Source: Paraphysomonas bandaiensis
Taxonomy: Eukaryota > Protista > Chrysophyceae
Direction of reading: 5' to 3'
DNA length: 64,000 bases
NCBI GenBank assembly: GCA_965644295.1
Contig: CBFFRP010000421.1
Coordinates: forward strand, 1 to 64,000
In this document: positions 40,336 to 51,747 of the stretch, piece after piece
How the letters are laid out: each line of letters starts with the position of its first letter
Position numbering within the stretch: position 1 is the stretch's first letter
Made by a program: the position numbers and the translations under genes
The notes under the pieces: model-generated
Database searches by the model: none
What the model was told of the DNA's origin: nothing
The model's input: only the letters and a program-made list of their open reading frames with translations

Positions 40336-42884
40336 TCACCACGTGGATGTGGTGCCGGCTCCAGTGTTAGGAGTTCCAGAGGAAGAGGCGTCGCTGGGCT
40401 GACCAGAAGTCGATCCTGCATTTCCACCCCGCCCAGCACCGTACTGTCCACCTCGCCCAGCTCCAGGATATCCAGGTCCGGGTGCGGCAGCTCCAGGGGG
40501 ATAAGGAGGCATCATCTGGCCCCATCCTGCACCATAAGACCACTGGTCGCCCCGACCGTATGGGCCATATCCACCAGCTCCGTAGGGCCCACCGGAATGC
40601 AAGCCGTGAGCTTGGGGGTTATCCTGCGCGCCGCCCTGTGGGTTCCCACCCGACTGAGAGGCATTGCCTCCCGGTGCAGAACCACCCTTGCGGTCGCCCT
40701 GTCCTCCGGGGTGTGGTGCTCTGTACGAATCCACCGCTGCGAAGTGTCCGCCTGGTCCAGATCCGTACATATCTCCGTATCCACCCATCCCTTGTCCAGC
40801 ACCATAGGGGTCACCGTAAGGAGGTCTTGGGGGCTGATACATACCCTGAGAATGTCCGCCACGTCCATAGAAACCCTGCCCTCCACCACCATAGTAGTAC
40901 TGAGGGTAATAAGGATTGCCGTAGTAGCCATAACCTCCCATTTGTCCGTACTGTTGTTGGTGCTGCTGATACATACCTTGCTGGTTAGAATTGTTGTTGG
41001 TTGATGCGGAATCAGGTCCCGATGATGAGGGTGGTGGACTCGAGTTGGATTGCTGCTGATGGTTAACTGGAGACTCCAGGTGACCTCTAGGGAGATCTAG
41101 ACCGTACCCATGCTGCTGTTGCTGCATAGGAGGCATACCAACTGGCCCAACATTAGCAGGACTGTTTCGCTGGCCGACAGCCCCTGCGCTACCAGTCTGC
41201 ATGCCCGGAGGAGCAGCAACCTGCTCTTGCTGCTGTCTCTTCGGGGCAGAATTACGCTGTTTTTGTTGTCTTTGTGGAGCACTCTGTCTTCCCTGCTGCT
41301 CCTCCTGGCGTGCTTCTACATTCAAACCAGGAGGGGGACTAGGAGCCGCGGCCTGCTGTTGCTGAGCGTCCGCAAAGAGAGACTTCTCTGGCCCTTCTTT
41401 CGGAGCTGTAGAGGCAGGCTCCTGCTTCTGGGATTGGCGTTGGTCGAAAGCGCTAATGGGCGACAAGCCTTCCTCCAATGGCGCACTAGAACCTTCTGAT
41501 CCCCAGACTGATACAGATGGACCAGGCGCAGAGACTTCATCAGCCTGAGAGGGATGGGAAGGAGAGGACGTAGACTCATCTCCGAAGTTTCCGAACGCGA
41601 ACTTTACTTCGCTGTCGGCCTCTGTTGACTCCCACTTCCCCAGTTTTATGAGTGGGCTGCCAACTGTGTCTGACACGGTGGGCACGCGAGGAGGAGAATC
41701 AAGGACTGCAGGCGAAGCCGACGGAGGCTCTTCGATAGTAGCTGGTGGGGCCGCTACAGTTGGCTGGGACTCAGTGACTGGAGTGGGTTCAGCAATTGGT
41801 GCCGGCTGGGCAACTTCAGCTGTATCTTCAACTGATACTGCTGCTACTTTGTCAGCAACTTCCTCTACCTCCACAGCAGGAGCAGATGCATCTACACTAG
41901 GGCTCACGCTGTCCCCGCGTGAATTCTTACTTTTGCGGGACTTCGACTTGCTAACTGGCTTGCTAGACTTTGACTCAGCACTCACAGGGGCAGCAACTGG
42001 CTGTTGTTTCTGCTGTTCGGCCGCCTTCAGCTTCTGTGCAAGGCTCATTCCCCCAGTTCCCCAAGCAACTTTTCCAGTGACTGGAGCAGCGGATGGTGGA
42101 GCCATGCCGGGGGAGGCTGTGGCTGGTGTAGCTTGCTGCTGAACTGGAGACGGGGTAACCTCTTCACGAGCCTCTTCTGAGGCTATGGGAGGGGAAGGTG
42201 CCGCCTCAGCTCCCTCTTTTCCCCAAGCTGGAAGAGAAGTTTGCTTAGAAGGTTGAGTGGGTTCTGATGGATCAGCTGGTAATGCTGATGGTGGCCCGCG
42301 GGGAGGCTGGCTACCTCGTCCTCGTCCTCCATACGCGCTGCTCATAGATCTGCCACCGCGCCCACCGCGTCCGCCATCGCCGCCACGATAAGGAGGGGCA
42401 CTGCGCCCTCTTCCTCGACCACCGCCTCTATCGCTCTGACTTTGTTCCTATTCAATATATTACGTCTGCATTGACAGGCATGTTCATGGTTTTCAGTTGT
42501 CTACCTTCTTTTTATTTTTTTTCCCAGTAGATATCCAGTCATCTCCCCTAGCTGACAAATTTTCGGCATCTACGACACTCCAATATTACGTATAATAGAA
42601 AAACACTAGGGCACATACCATTCCACATAGCTGCAATTGCATCCTTGATTGCTGCGTCATTTTTCTGATGCTTACGAATTAAATCGAGCAATTCTTGATT
42701 CGACACTGCCTCAGGTGTAATATCTCTATACTGTTAATACATTAAACTCCAGGGTAAAAAACAATACATCATAAATACTTGTTTTAATTCAGCCTGGGAC
42801 ACTTTGACCCCGCGGGCTTCTTGTCTGCATTGATATATAAGGTGATATATGCAAGAGATGATGTAGTTACCCTCGCTGCGCCAT
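40336..42884 (-). CDS. UBAP2L/Def1-like low-complexity protein, multi-exon
   Basis: Short 5' exons splice to MAQRGQEARGVKVSQAELKQYRDITPE...IAAMWND...DDWISTGKKNKKK (UBA/CUE-like plus W-x4-KK), then an RGG box, P/A/S/E-rich linker, FAFGNFG and a Q/G/Y-rich C-terminus. Confidence 0.65.
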
Positions 42885-43746
42885 TGATAAATAAATATAA
42901 GCCAGAAACTATACGACTGACTCTCTCTTATATATTTTGGCACAAAAATACAATTCTCCTGGTGATAATTTGATCAAAGGAGAGTTGCAGCCAAGGTATG
43001 ATGTCTACTTTAAAGTAATTATAGGAATTAATTTTCATTGCAGAGCCTCACCTTTCAGTGTGTGTGTACCATCTATATATATATGTATATGTAGATGGTG
43101 TGGTGGGTGTGTCCCGTGTATGTGGTATGTGGTATGTGTATATGGTATGTGTGTGTATGTGGTATACAAAAAACAAAATGCTCACAAGACCACAAAAACT
43201 TCTGTTGTTCTTCATACTATACGGAAGAATACAGAGGAATACAGAGACGACTACTTCCCATCACTTTCTTCGATCCGAGAGAATACAGAGGAATACGAAT
43301 GATATACGCCGTATATGGTGTATTAGAATATTGTGGGGAAAAATCACACCACTGGAAAAATAGAGGATTTTGATGAATGAAACTTCTAAAAATCATTTAT
43401 TTTTATAGATTACTGCTGGATATTCACTCTCACCTGCAACCTACTTCTTAAATGCAATGGGCATGATGGATAGGCAGCAGGCAAGCCATCACCAGGTGAT
43501 AAGGAGGCAGCAAGGATTCAGATTCAGCCGTTCTTATCCTATCAGCAAAGTAATGATGGATATATATACTCAATGAGGACAGTACAGCACATACACTGTA
43601 TCTGATATCTATACCGTGTGGAGACATATGGATCATATGTAACCGGACTACAGCCTCATCGGGCTCCACCCAGTAACTTCTTTCTCAGCTAATTTTCTGA
43701 GTGAAGAAGAAAGTACTGTAAAGTATGTACTACAATAGAGCATAGT

Positions 43747-44467
43747 CAGGGCTAGGGAACAATATATTGCAATACTATTGTTAGCTTCTCACCAATCATA
43801 TTGATGGAGTTTTTAAACGGACCCTACAATACCATTGCAATTCAGTATGTAAACATTTGCATTGATTTCATGATAACGAAACCCACTACTCTGCCAGTCA
43901 AAGACTACCTACTGCTTAGCTAGTCTCAACTTTTCTCTTACTCATTTTCTCTGTCATCATTGGTGATGTTACCACCACATCTATTCAAAAATAATTGAAA
44001 TATGCATTCGGTCATAAATGTCGATCATAATATTAAGTGTAGTAGGGTGCATACTTTTGCGCAGCACTGAGATAATAAGTTTAGCTGTGCTGAACAGGCG
44101 TTCACATGTATTGGAAGCATTCATCTTTCAGGCGTCTCTTCTTATCAGTATGATATACTATAATATATATATATATTGTTAAGTAAGGTGGTATAGAGAA
44201 TAGATGTATAGAGTATTGCAGAGCCAGCGATATGTAAAAACCAGAAAATAATATCAATAATTGGCTTTTTCTTGATTTTCCGCATATTTGTGTACATGGG
44301 TATATATTTTGCACCCTACAGTTGAGAATCTCTCGGTATATGACAATCAAAATATGGTTGCAATATATCATATATATTGTGAGCTACTTTAACAAAAACA
44401 ATATGGCTGGAATATTAGACCGGTCCATCAATCAATATATTTTACAATATATTTTTTTATAGCCCTG
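43747..44467. mobile_element. Degenerate non-autonomous DNA element(s) with CAGGGCTA ends
   Basis: Left CAGGGCTAGGGAACAATATATTGCAATACTATTG; right end reverse-complements to CAGGGCTATAAAAAAATATATTG. A related end lies in reverse orientation at ~32715-32754. No TSD seen. Confidence 0.4.
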
Positions 44468-44753
44468 GCTCAACAGCAACGCGTGACAAAATAGCTGCAT
44501 ATTCTAGTGACATTCTCCAGTAATAACAGCATAAAAGAAGCATATATTAAAATTATAATAAAATTGCTTACATCAGAGCCACATACAACATAGAGCCAAT
44601 CAGCTACATACCACACAGCCAATATTGCAGTACACATCGTACTCTGTAACGATACTGTACTGTACTCCGACATGCACAAATATGATGGTATCTTCAAAAA
44701 GCACATAAACGTCTACATCAGCTCAATACTAACGAGATGCTTATACGTACGTA

Positions 44754-46156
44754 CTAAGCTCCTAAAAAGTGTCCGCTGTATCCATTCATGTTAACATCGA
44801 TAGAACTGCTATAAGATGCTGCTCGCTCTCCCTGATAGTCAAAAGAGGGCATTGTTAACTTGCTCACGTCATCACTATACATGGAGCTCTTCTCGTAAAC
44901 AGATAGGCAATCCTCACGCGCATCGTAGGTAGATGTGGCCTCCGCCTCATACAACTTCGTGACAAGTCGATTGAGAGGAACCAAATCACTGTTATCGATC
45001 AGATCAAACCCCTTCACAAAAAATATAAACCTGCAATACCCTATATATTAGTGGACACAATGCAGAGCTTGATAAACCATACCACTTAAAGCACACATCC
45101 AAATGGACAAGAGCATCGAGTTCGAGGAAGGCATCATGATGCCAGTGAAGAATGTGGGCATACAGATGAAAGAGTAGATATGCCACCATCTATAGGTAGG
45201 GTGTTAAAGTATACACCGTAAATAGAATCATTAGGAGGGCAATAGTAGTATATAGAAGGGCATTGCAAATGTCATAACGAAAGAATACATAATATACTCA
45301 CTCTACAGCTAGCTTCATGCTCTTCGGCCTCCTGAATATCTACTCCAGCGTCAGATCCTTCCTCCTCTAAATAAAAAAGTAAAACCCGTAAGCTGTCGAA
45401 CACGGTGTGGCTGAACCTGAGTCAACGGCTTCAAGAACACTTTGTCTCTTCAGCAGACTTGATATCACCTCAAGAGCTTTGCTGATATACTCTGGAGCAT
45501 TCAGCTACTACAAATAAGACCAACACGAATTACAATAACATTACAGTTATACATTTCTGTTTATGGATGCAGAGTGGTCCCCAGCGTGGTCCAGTGTCCA
45601 AGTATATGCATGTCCCGGCCGTTCGTTCATTTGTGGGCACGTCTTCCGTGTACACTTCTGTTGTAAAACATATTTTTGAAATAGTCGCATATGGTCGTAG
45701 AAGTCCGTGAGATGTATAGTTAGCCAATGCATACGTGGAAACCCCTTTGGACACTAAACGTGGTGTGAGGAATGAAAAAACAGCTTTAGGTTACCTCCAG
45801 AATACTCGGTTTTATTCCTGCCTTAATAGTGCTCCGAATCATCTCTGCAGCTCGCCGACGTTTCTTTCCTTTTGGTTTTGAATGAGAGTCTATAAGACTT
45901 TCATAACTGCCATTCTCCTGCACATAGAGACGCATGACACCCTCACGACAACTGCAGTAAACATCCTTACGGGTAACTTGTCCACAATTAGAACTGGAGG
46001 GCCCCTAATTGCATCTAAACGGGCTCGCCTTTCAATATTTTGAATTGAACCGTTACTAGGGCATTTACTAGGCCTAGAGTCGTCATACACTTCTCGAAGT
46101 AAGGGATGGCGCTTCTTGTCTATATGCTCTGCAGACTTACAGCAGCACGTACCCAT
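44754..46156 (-). CDS. Divergent MOB kinase activator (Mob1/phocein family) with an MGTCCC N-terminus, multi-exon
   Basis: Spliced CPKGFPRMHWLTIHLTDFY...CTRKTCPQM...YTW...NAPEYI...LFHLYAHILHWHH...HLDVCFKWFIFFVKGFDLIDNSDLVPL, matching the Mob core including the C2H2 zinc ligands. Confidence 0.85.
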
Positions 46157-46281
46157 ACTACACAAACTGAATACAGCAGCTTGTAGAGCACAACACACTA
46201 CAAATATACTATACTAACATCGTATAGTTTCCAGGATGCACTCCACTGACAGTTGAATGACAGCGACAACCCCTCACACAG

Positions 46282-46608
46282 ATGTATGTATGTATGTATG
46301 TATGTATGTATGTATGTATGTATGTATGTATGTATGTATGTATGTATGTATGTATGTATGTATGTATGTATGTATGTATGTATGTATGTATGTATGTATG
46401 TATGTATGTATGTATGTAGGTAGGTAGGTAGGTAGGTAGGTAGGTAGGTAGGTAGGTAGGTAGGTAGGTAGGTAGGTAGGTATGTATGTATGTATGTATG
46501 TATGTATGTATGTATGTATGTATGTATGTATGTATGTATGTATGTATGTATGTATGTATGTATGTATGTATGTATGTATGTATGTATGTATGTATGTATG
46601 TATGTATG
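46282..46608. repeat. Compound (TATG)n-(TAGG)n-(TATG)n array between divergent MOB and SMARCC genes
   Basis: A TAGG block at ~46417-46480 is embedded in the TATG repeats. Confidence 0.99.
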
Positions 46609-46663
46609 GAGGCATTCAAATGTTAGTCTGTCATCTGTTGGTGCATTTAAGGTTATCAGTGCA

Positions 46664-49158
46664 ATGTCTTCTCTAGTTAGCAAGAAGACGGGTGCTCCAC
46701 TCGATTCCAACTTGCATGACCCTCTGATTGTGCAGAAGTATGCGGGTTTGGCTGCTGAATTGCGGGCGGATGGGTTCGAACTTGTTAATGAACAGTCTCT
46801 GGCTAAACTCTCTTATGATATTCAACTATTTATGGAGGTATATAAAAATCAGTGTTAGTACTTATATTAATATGATATATCGACAGGAGTTTTTGGGTAG
46901 GAAGGCACCGGCGCCCAGAAAGATGGTGCGATTGCCACACTCAGTGTTCAAAGACCTCTCAGTGGGGGGCTCGATGCACCTTATCTTCAAGACAGCTTAC
47001 CGTAAATTAAGTGTAGCGGAGTGGAAGAAATTTGATGTGTTAGACTCATCGAATACGGAGACTATGTATTCTATGTTGTTAGAAATGCAAAGCAGTCTAA
47101 TTGATGTGAGTGGGATGTACATGATACATCTGTCCGTAGTTAACATTAAACGTGAATTGCAGAGAAAAGCTATTAATAGGCCGAGTATATACTTTTCTCC
47201 ATCTCTTTCGTCTGATCTAATCGAAGAGCTTGGGATTATAGCCCAGGCACATGGCGGTAGAATTGTTAGTGATATCCAGGATGCTAGTCATGTAGTGGAA
47301 TGGGACGACGAGGTAGATGGGCAAGGGGTCGCGGAAGAGTTTTTCCGCCCTCTAGAGATCCGTCCACACGCCGGAGAAGGAACCGCTCTAGTTCATTGGT
47401 GGTATACTCCAGATAGTTATGACGAGTGGGTACCATCGCAGGGAGTAGAGTGTCGTGAAGTACCCGAGGACCCCTTCACACACCAACATACCAAACAGTG
47501 GCGAGTGTGTTGCCGATTCGTGCGGGATGTAGAAGAATACAACGAGTGGGGTAATGAGTTGGATTACGAACTAGAAGACCCTGAGGAAGCTGTGAGGGAA
47601 GGTGACCGGACAGGGGCTGGTACTGGAGGACGAAAGAAACGTGGTAGGCGTAGGGTGGACTCGAATGCAGCTTCGAAGCAACAAGAAACGCCTGTAGCAG
47701 AGGCAGAGCAGGTAACAGAGAGAATGATGCAGAGTCTAGCACCCCCCACAGAGGACCCTTTGTTTAATATGTCAAGCTCTGGTGGTAGTGTTAATGTTGT
47801 GGATATTCAAGGAGACCAGTGTGAAATGAAGAGAGAGCAGCCAAGTGAATCGAATCAGTCACCATCAGGAATGAAAGAGTCAGAATTAGGTGAAAGGGAG
47901 GAAATTAGCAATGGGAATAGAGCTTCTCCTACCAGTCCTACTGCTGCCGTGATTAGTGGTGCTAAGCGGAGCAGAGACAGTGACCGGTCAGATTGTCCAA
48001 TGCACAGAAGGAAAAGGGATCTATTGTTGGGCCCCTCGGAACGAGACAGTTCTACGCTGCCGTCCTGGTTTAGTCTGGAAACAATCAGCCCAGTTGAACA
48101 CCGATATCTACCAGAGATATTCGGCGGAACTTCTCTTAAATCAGATAAGAATTCAAACGATGATCGGGTACCTGGAAGTCTCCGTCATCGCTACATCAGC
48201 ACCCGTAATTACATACTCGACCTAAATTACCAGCAGCCCCTAGTGTATTTGTCGGCCACTGAGTGTCGACAGAAGATGGCAGGCGATGCTGCTTTCATAA
48301 CACGTATTCATGAGTTTTTAGATGCGTTTGGGGTGATCAATACAAGCACTGCGATAAGGCACACTACTAGACCCCCCAAATGTCCAGCTTTTTTTTCGAA
48401 TTGTCCATCCAATGCTGAGGTGGAGGCCCACTGCAATGCATTCAAATCTGTCATTTCACCAACAGGAAAGGGGCGAGAAGGTCGTGCAGAAGAAATCCGG
48501 TGGAGTGCTGAGGCGGATGCAGCAATATTGCAGGCTGTGTCCTCAATGTGTCCAGAAGGGTCCACTCAAAGTGATATTGACTGGCGCAGTGTAAGCAAAG
48601 CAGTGACGGATTCTGTGAAACGCTCGGATTCTAGCGCGGTCTTCACCCCTGAAATTTGCTTCAGGAGGTTTGTGGAGATGTCTTTGCCGGCTGTATCAGA
48701 TGAAGGACGTGGAGTACCATGCGTTATTTCAGTTCCTCGAGTGGTTACTGGGAGTGGCTCAACACGGCAAGTGAGGGCACTTGCAGCCACAGTATTGACT
48801 AAGTGCGCTTGCCACATGGACTTTTTTACAGCGTCAGCAGCCTTGCGGGTGTCAAATGAAATACTAAAAAAGAAATCAGAAGGAGATAGGAAATCAGTTC
48901 AATCTGTCATGCAGTCAGGCACAAAAAGCAATGTTCCCAAAGGAAATACGGGAAGCAACATCACTCGTCGACTTGAGACTCTAGAGGAGAAGGTACATAG
49001 TGTCGTCAATCTATACATAACATCTCATATCTGTACCGCAGATGAAACTAATGGAAGAAGTAGAAGCAGCTCTTGAGATCGAGAGAGAAAGAATTGAACT
49101 AGACAGGCGCGTTTTGCGAGTGCAACGTGCGCAATTGGCTTTTCATCAACCGCACTAA
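46664..49158 (+). CDS. SMARCC: SWI/SNF subunit SMARCC/SWI3 (BAF155/170-like), multi-exon
   Basis: N-terminal module with chromo-like LVHWWYTPDSYDEWV and YNEWGNELDYE; SWIRM LPSWFSL...YLSATECRQKMAGDAAFITRIHEFLDAFGVIN; SANT-like region; coiled-coil end. Confidence 0.9.
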
Positions 49159-49497
49159 CTGCAGTAAATTGTGATTGTGATGTAGTTGTTCCGTGGTTGT
49201 GTCGAGTCGTGGTTGAGCACCTTGATCTAGTAATTAGTAGTGTAGTCTTTTATGCATTAGTTATACAATTTTCGGCTCTATAAACGGTGTTATAATATTG
49301 TGTTGCTGCTTTATAGTAAATTTCTTTCGCCTGGCAATTAGTGTACCTAGTTTTCATAAATTGTGTAGATACTGTACACTAGACTGACTTGTTACGGTGG
49401 TGTAGTTTGCGCAATATGTACACCTATTTAGTGATGTTGTGTTTGTAATATCTCCATGAAGTCGTGAAGTAACATGTACACCTGGGTTAGGGAACAA

Positions 49498-49604
49498 CAG
49501 CGCTGCGTATCAATTAATTGACGCAGGTTGTAGTCAATTATAATTGCAATTATGAATCGACGTCCCAATTTCAATAATTAACAATTAATTGATAAGCAGC
49601 CCTG
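49498..49604. mobile_element. 107-bp hAT MITE
   Basis: 23-bp TIRs CAGCGCTGCGTATCAATTAATTG / CAATTAATTGATAAGCAGCCCTG (two mismatches); exact 8-bp TSD GGGAACAA at 49490-49497 and 49605-49612. Confidence 0.92.
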
Positions 49605-49626
49605 GGGAACAATAGCACATGCTAAT

Positions 49627-49998
49627 CAGGGCTGCGTAACAATTAATTAATTGTTAATTATAGGAATTGCAATAATTGATATTGGGACATCAAGTACTAA
49701 TTTCAATTTTAATTGGTCAAAACTTGAGACTGCATATGTGTAGTATGGAGTATGGATGTATAGATCATAGATCAGTACTGTCACACAATTATCATTAATA
49801 ATGATAAAGTGACTGTGAACAGTGCACACGTGCACACACATCAATATTCTTCTATGATAGCATCGATTAGTAGCTATACAGCTTAAGGTGCTATCCTTAT
49901 AATTAAACCAGCCAATAAATTGCAATTAATTGGCAACATTTACGAATAATAATTGCAGTTGTTATTTTTTACTTGCAGTTATAATAATTGCAAGCCTG
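49627..49998. mobile_element. Related hAT-type non-autonomous element, degenerate or composite
   Basis: Starts CAGGGCTGCGTAACAATTAATT, ends AATTGCAAGCCTG, and carries AATTGC/CAATT subterminal motifs; no matching TSD. Confidence 0.55.
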
Positions 49999-50144
49999 GT
50001 ATAGATATACAGGTAGAATAATCTGTTGTCTCGACTTCACAGAGATCTATGTTACTGTTACTTGCTATTGTAACTGCACTAACTTCACCGCACAAACATC
50101 TCTACTTGAACTAATTTTCTATCTTGCGATTATAATACAATATT

Positions 50145-51093
50145 CTACGATGCTACCATGGAGTTATCTTTATGTTCACTAGATACTACAGTGTCAACAG
50201 GTACATCGTGAGCAGGGGCTGCGGGAAGTACAGGAGTGGTGGGAACCTCGGGCATACTGATATCAGTATTCTGAGAATTCTGTTCAGGCGTGCGTTCTCT
50301 CTCACTTTCCGCATTCTCCCTCGCCATTATCATCTGCAATACAAAGTGTGAGCCAAGTGAGCGTGAAGTCTTATGTATATGAAATATACCTCGAGCTCTG
50401 CCTCTAACTCACTCTCGTCCGCTAAAGTGAACTCTCCAGCAACTAGGGTACTGATTTCATTCTCAATCTGTCAAGTGTAGGTGATATAATATAGCAGTCG
50501 TCTTTATCATTTTTTTACCTCCCTCGCTTCTCTAGTTTCTTCCATCAGTCGCTCAACATCTTCGACTGACATCTCCTCATGAAGCTTTTTTAGGGCATCG
50601 GTGCCAGCCTTCAGAGCGCGCAGAGCCTCTATATTATGAGACTCCCATTCAATTTCTTCTATCTGTGAACAAATATTCAACATCGGAGACATTTTATTTC
50701 AACTGCATGATACCATCGACATGACATTCAGGAGTTTCGCATCAATCGAGTCCGCCTCTTTTATCTTATGCTTACGTAATTTCAGTGCAAGCAGAGCTCG
50801 ATCCTGTGATCCCATACTGTTAATATCAACATAAACCAGCAGCAGTCATGTGTACCTTTTTACCAGAAGCTAACAGCTCTTTAGCCTGATTCTGTAATCT
50901 CTCTGACTCTGTACCTAACTACAGTCATCATAAGTAGAGAGATGTTACCCCTTATTATAAACTGTACCCTCTTTTGGTATTTAAAGAGTTTGTCTCGAAC
51001 TATCTTTAAGTCGAGTATAGCACGATCTTTCTCAGATATGGAACTCTGCGCTTGTTTTGGAGGTGATTTAAGTGATTTAAATATATTTCCCAT
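50145..51093 (-). CDS. VPS20: ESCRT-III subunit VPS20/CHMP6, multi-exon
   Basis: MGN myristoylation start; ISEKDRAILDLKIVRDKLFKYQKR; ALKAGTDALKKLHEEMSVEDVERLMEETREA; MIM2-like MPEVPTTPV. Confidence 0.92.
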
Positions 51094-51198
51094 TGTAAGG
51101 AATTGATTGATAGTATAGTATGTTGAATGGTTGTTATATATGGATTATATAGAGAGGCATGCCTGTTAAAGTGTTAGTACAAGCAGGAGGTGTACACT

Positions 51199-51251
51199 AT
51201 ACATACATACATACATACATACATACATACATACATACATACATACATACA
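51199..51251. repeat. (CATA)n array, ~13 units, between divergent VPS20 and TTC12
   Basis: Perfect repeat. Confidence 0.97.
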
Positions 51252-51747
51252 CACTATTCCTATTAGTATACTACACTGTAGTACTATATACTACTCACTG
51301 TACTTTATACAGTTTGCAATATATATATATGCTGTACAGTACCGTAGAGTGATGTGTCCGAATGTGCGGTGCGTTCAAGTAGAATGCTGGACTCTGCACA
51401 GATTACGTATATCACAGATGCACTATACAGTCCTATGATACGGAATACAGTGGTATACTCGTCTTCAAGATTCGGAAAGATCCCGTTTATCCCAATATTC
51501 TCCTGTAGTCTAACACTCTCACCTACATTCCAGCCGTTTCTCCATCTAGTGTACCGGAGTACAGACAAGATGTGTCCAGCTGCACAATATATACAGTATC
51601 TAATGTATGTATATGTACTTATATATATATATATATGTACACACAGCAGTACAGTACAGCGCAGTACCATGCAGTCATTCTGGAAACCCATCAAACTAAG
51701 TAACAATCAGCCCACAATCAGTGCAGCTGTTAATTAAACATCAAACA

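Noticed and set aside
40318-42142. Plus-strand ORFs of 129-228 aa
   Set aside because: Antisense shadows of the GC-rich minus-strand gene.
43430-43700. Possible spliced gene fragment on the minus strand
   Set aside because: Stops interrupt the plausible frames and no motif is recognisable.
46417-46480. (TAGG)n as an interstitial telomere
   Set aside because: The unit is 4 bp and in register with the surrounding TATG repeats, so it is a point variant rather than TTAGGG/TTTAGGG.
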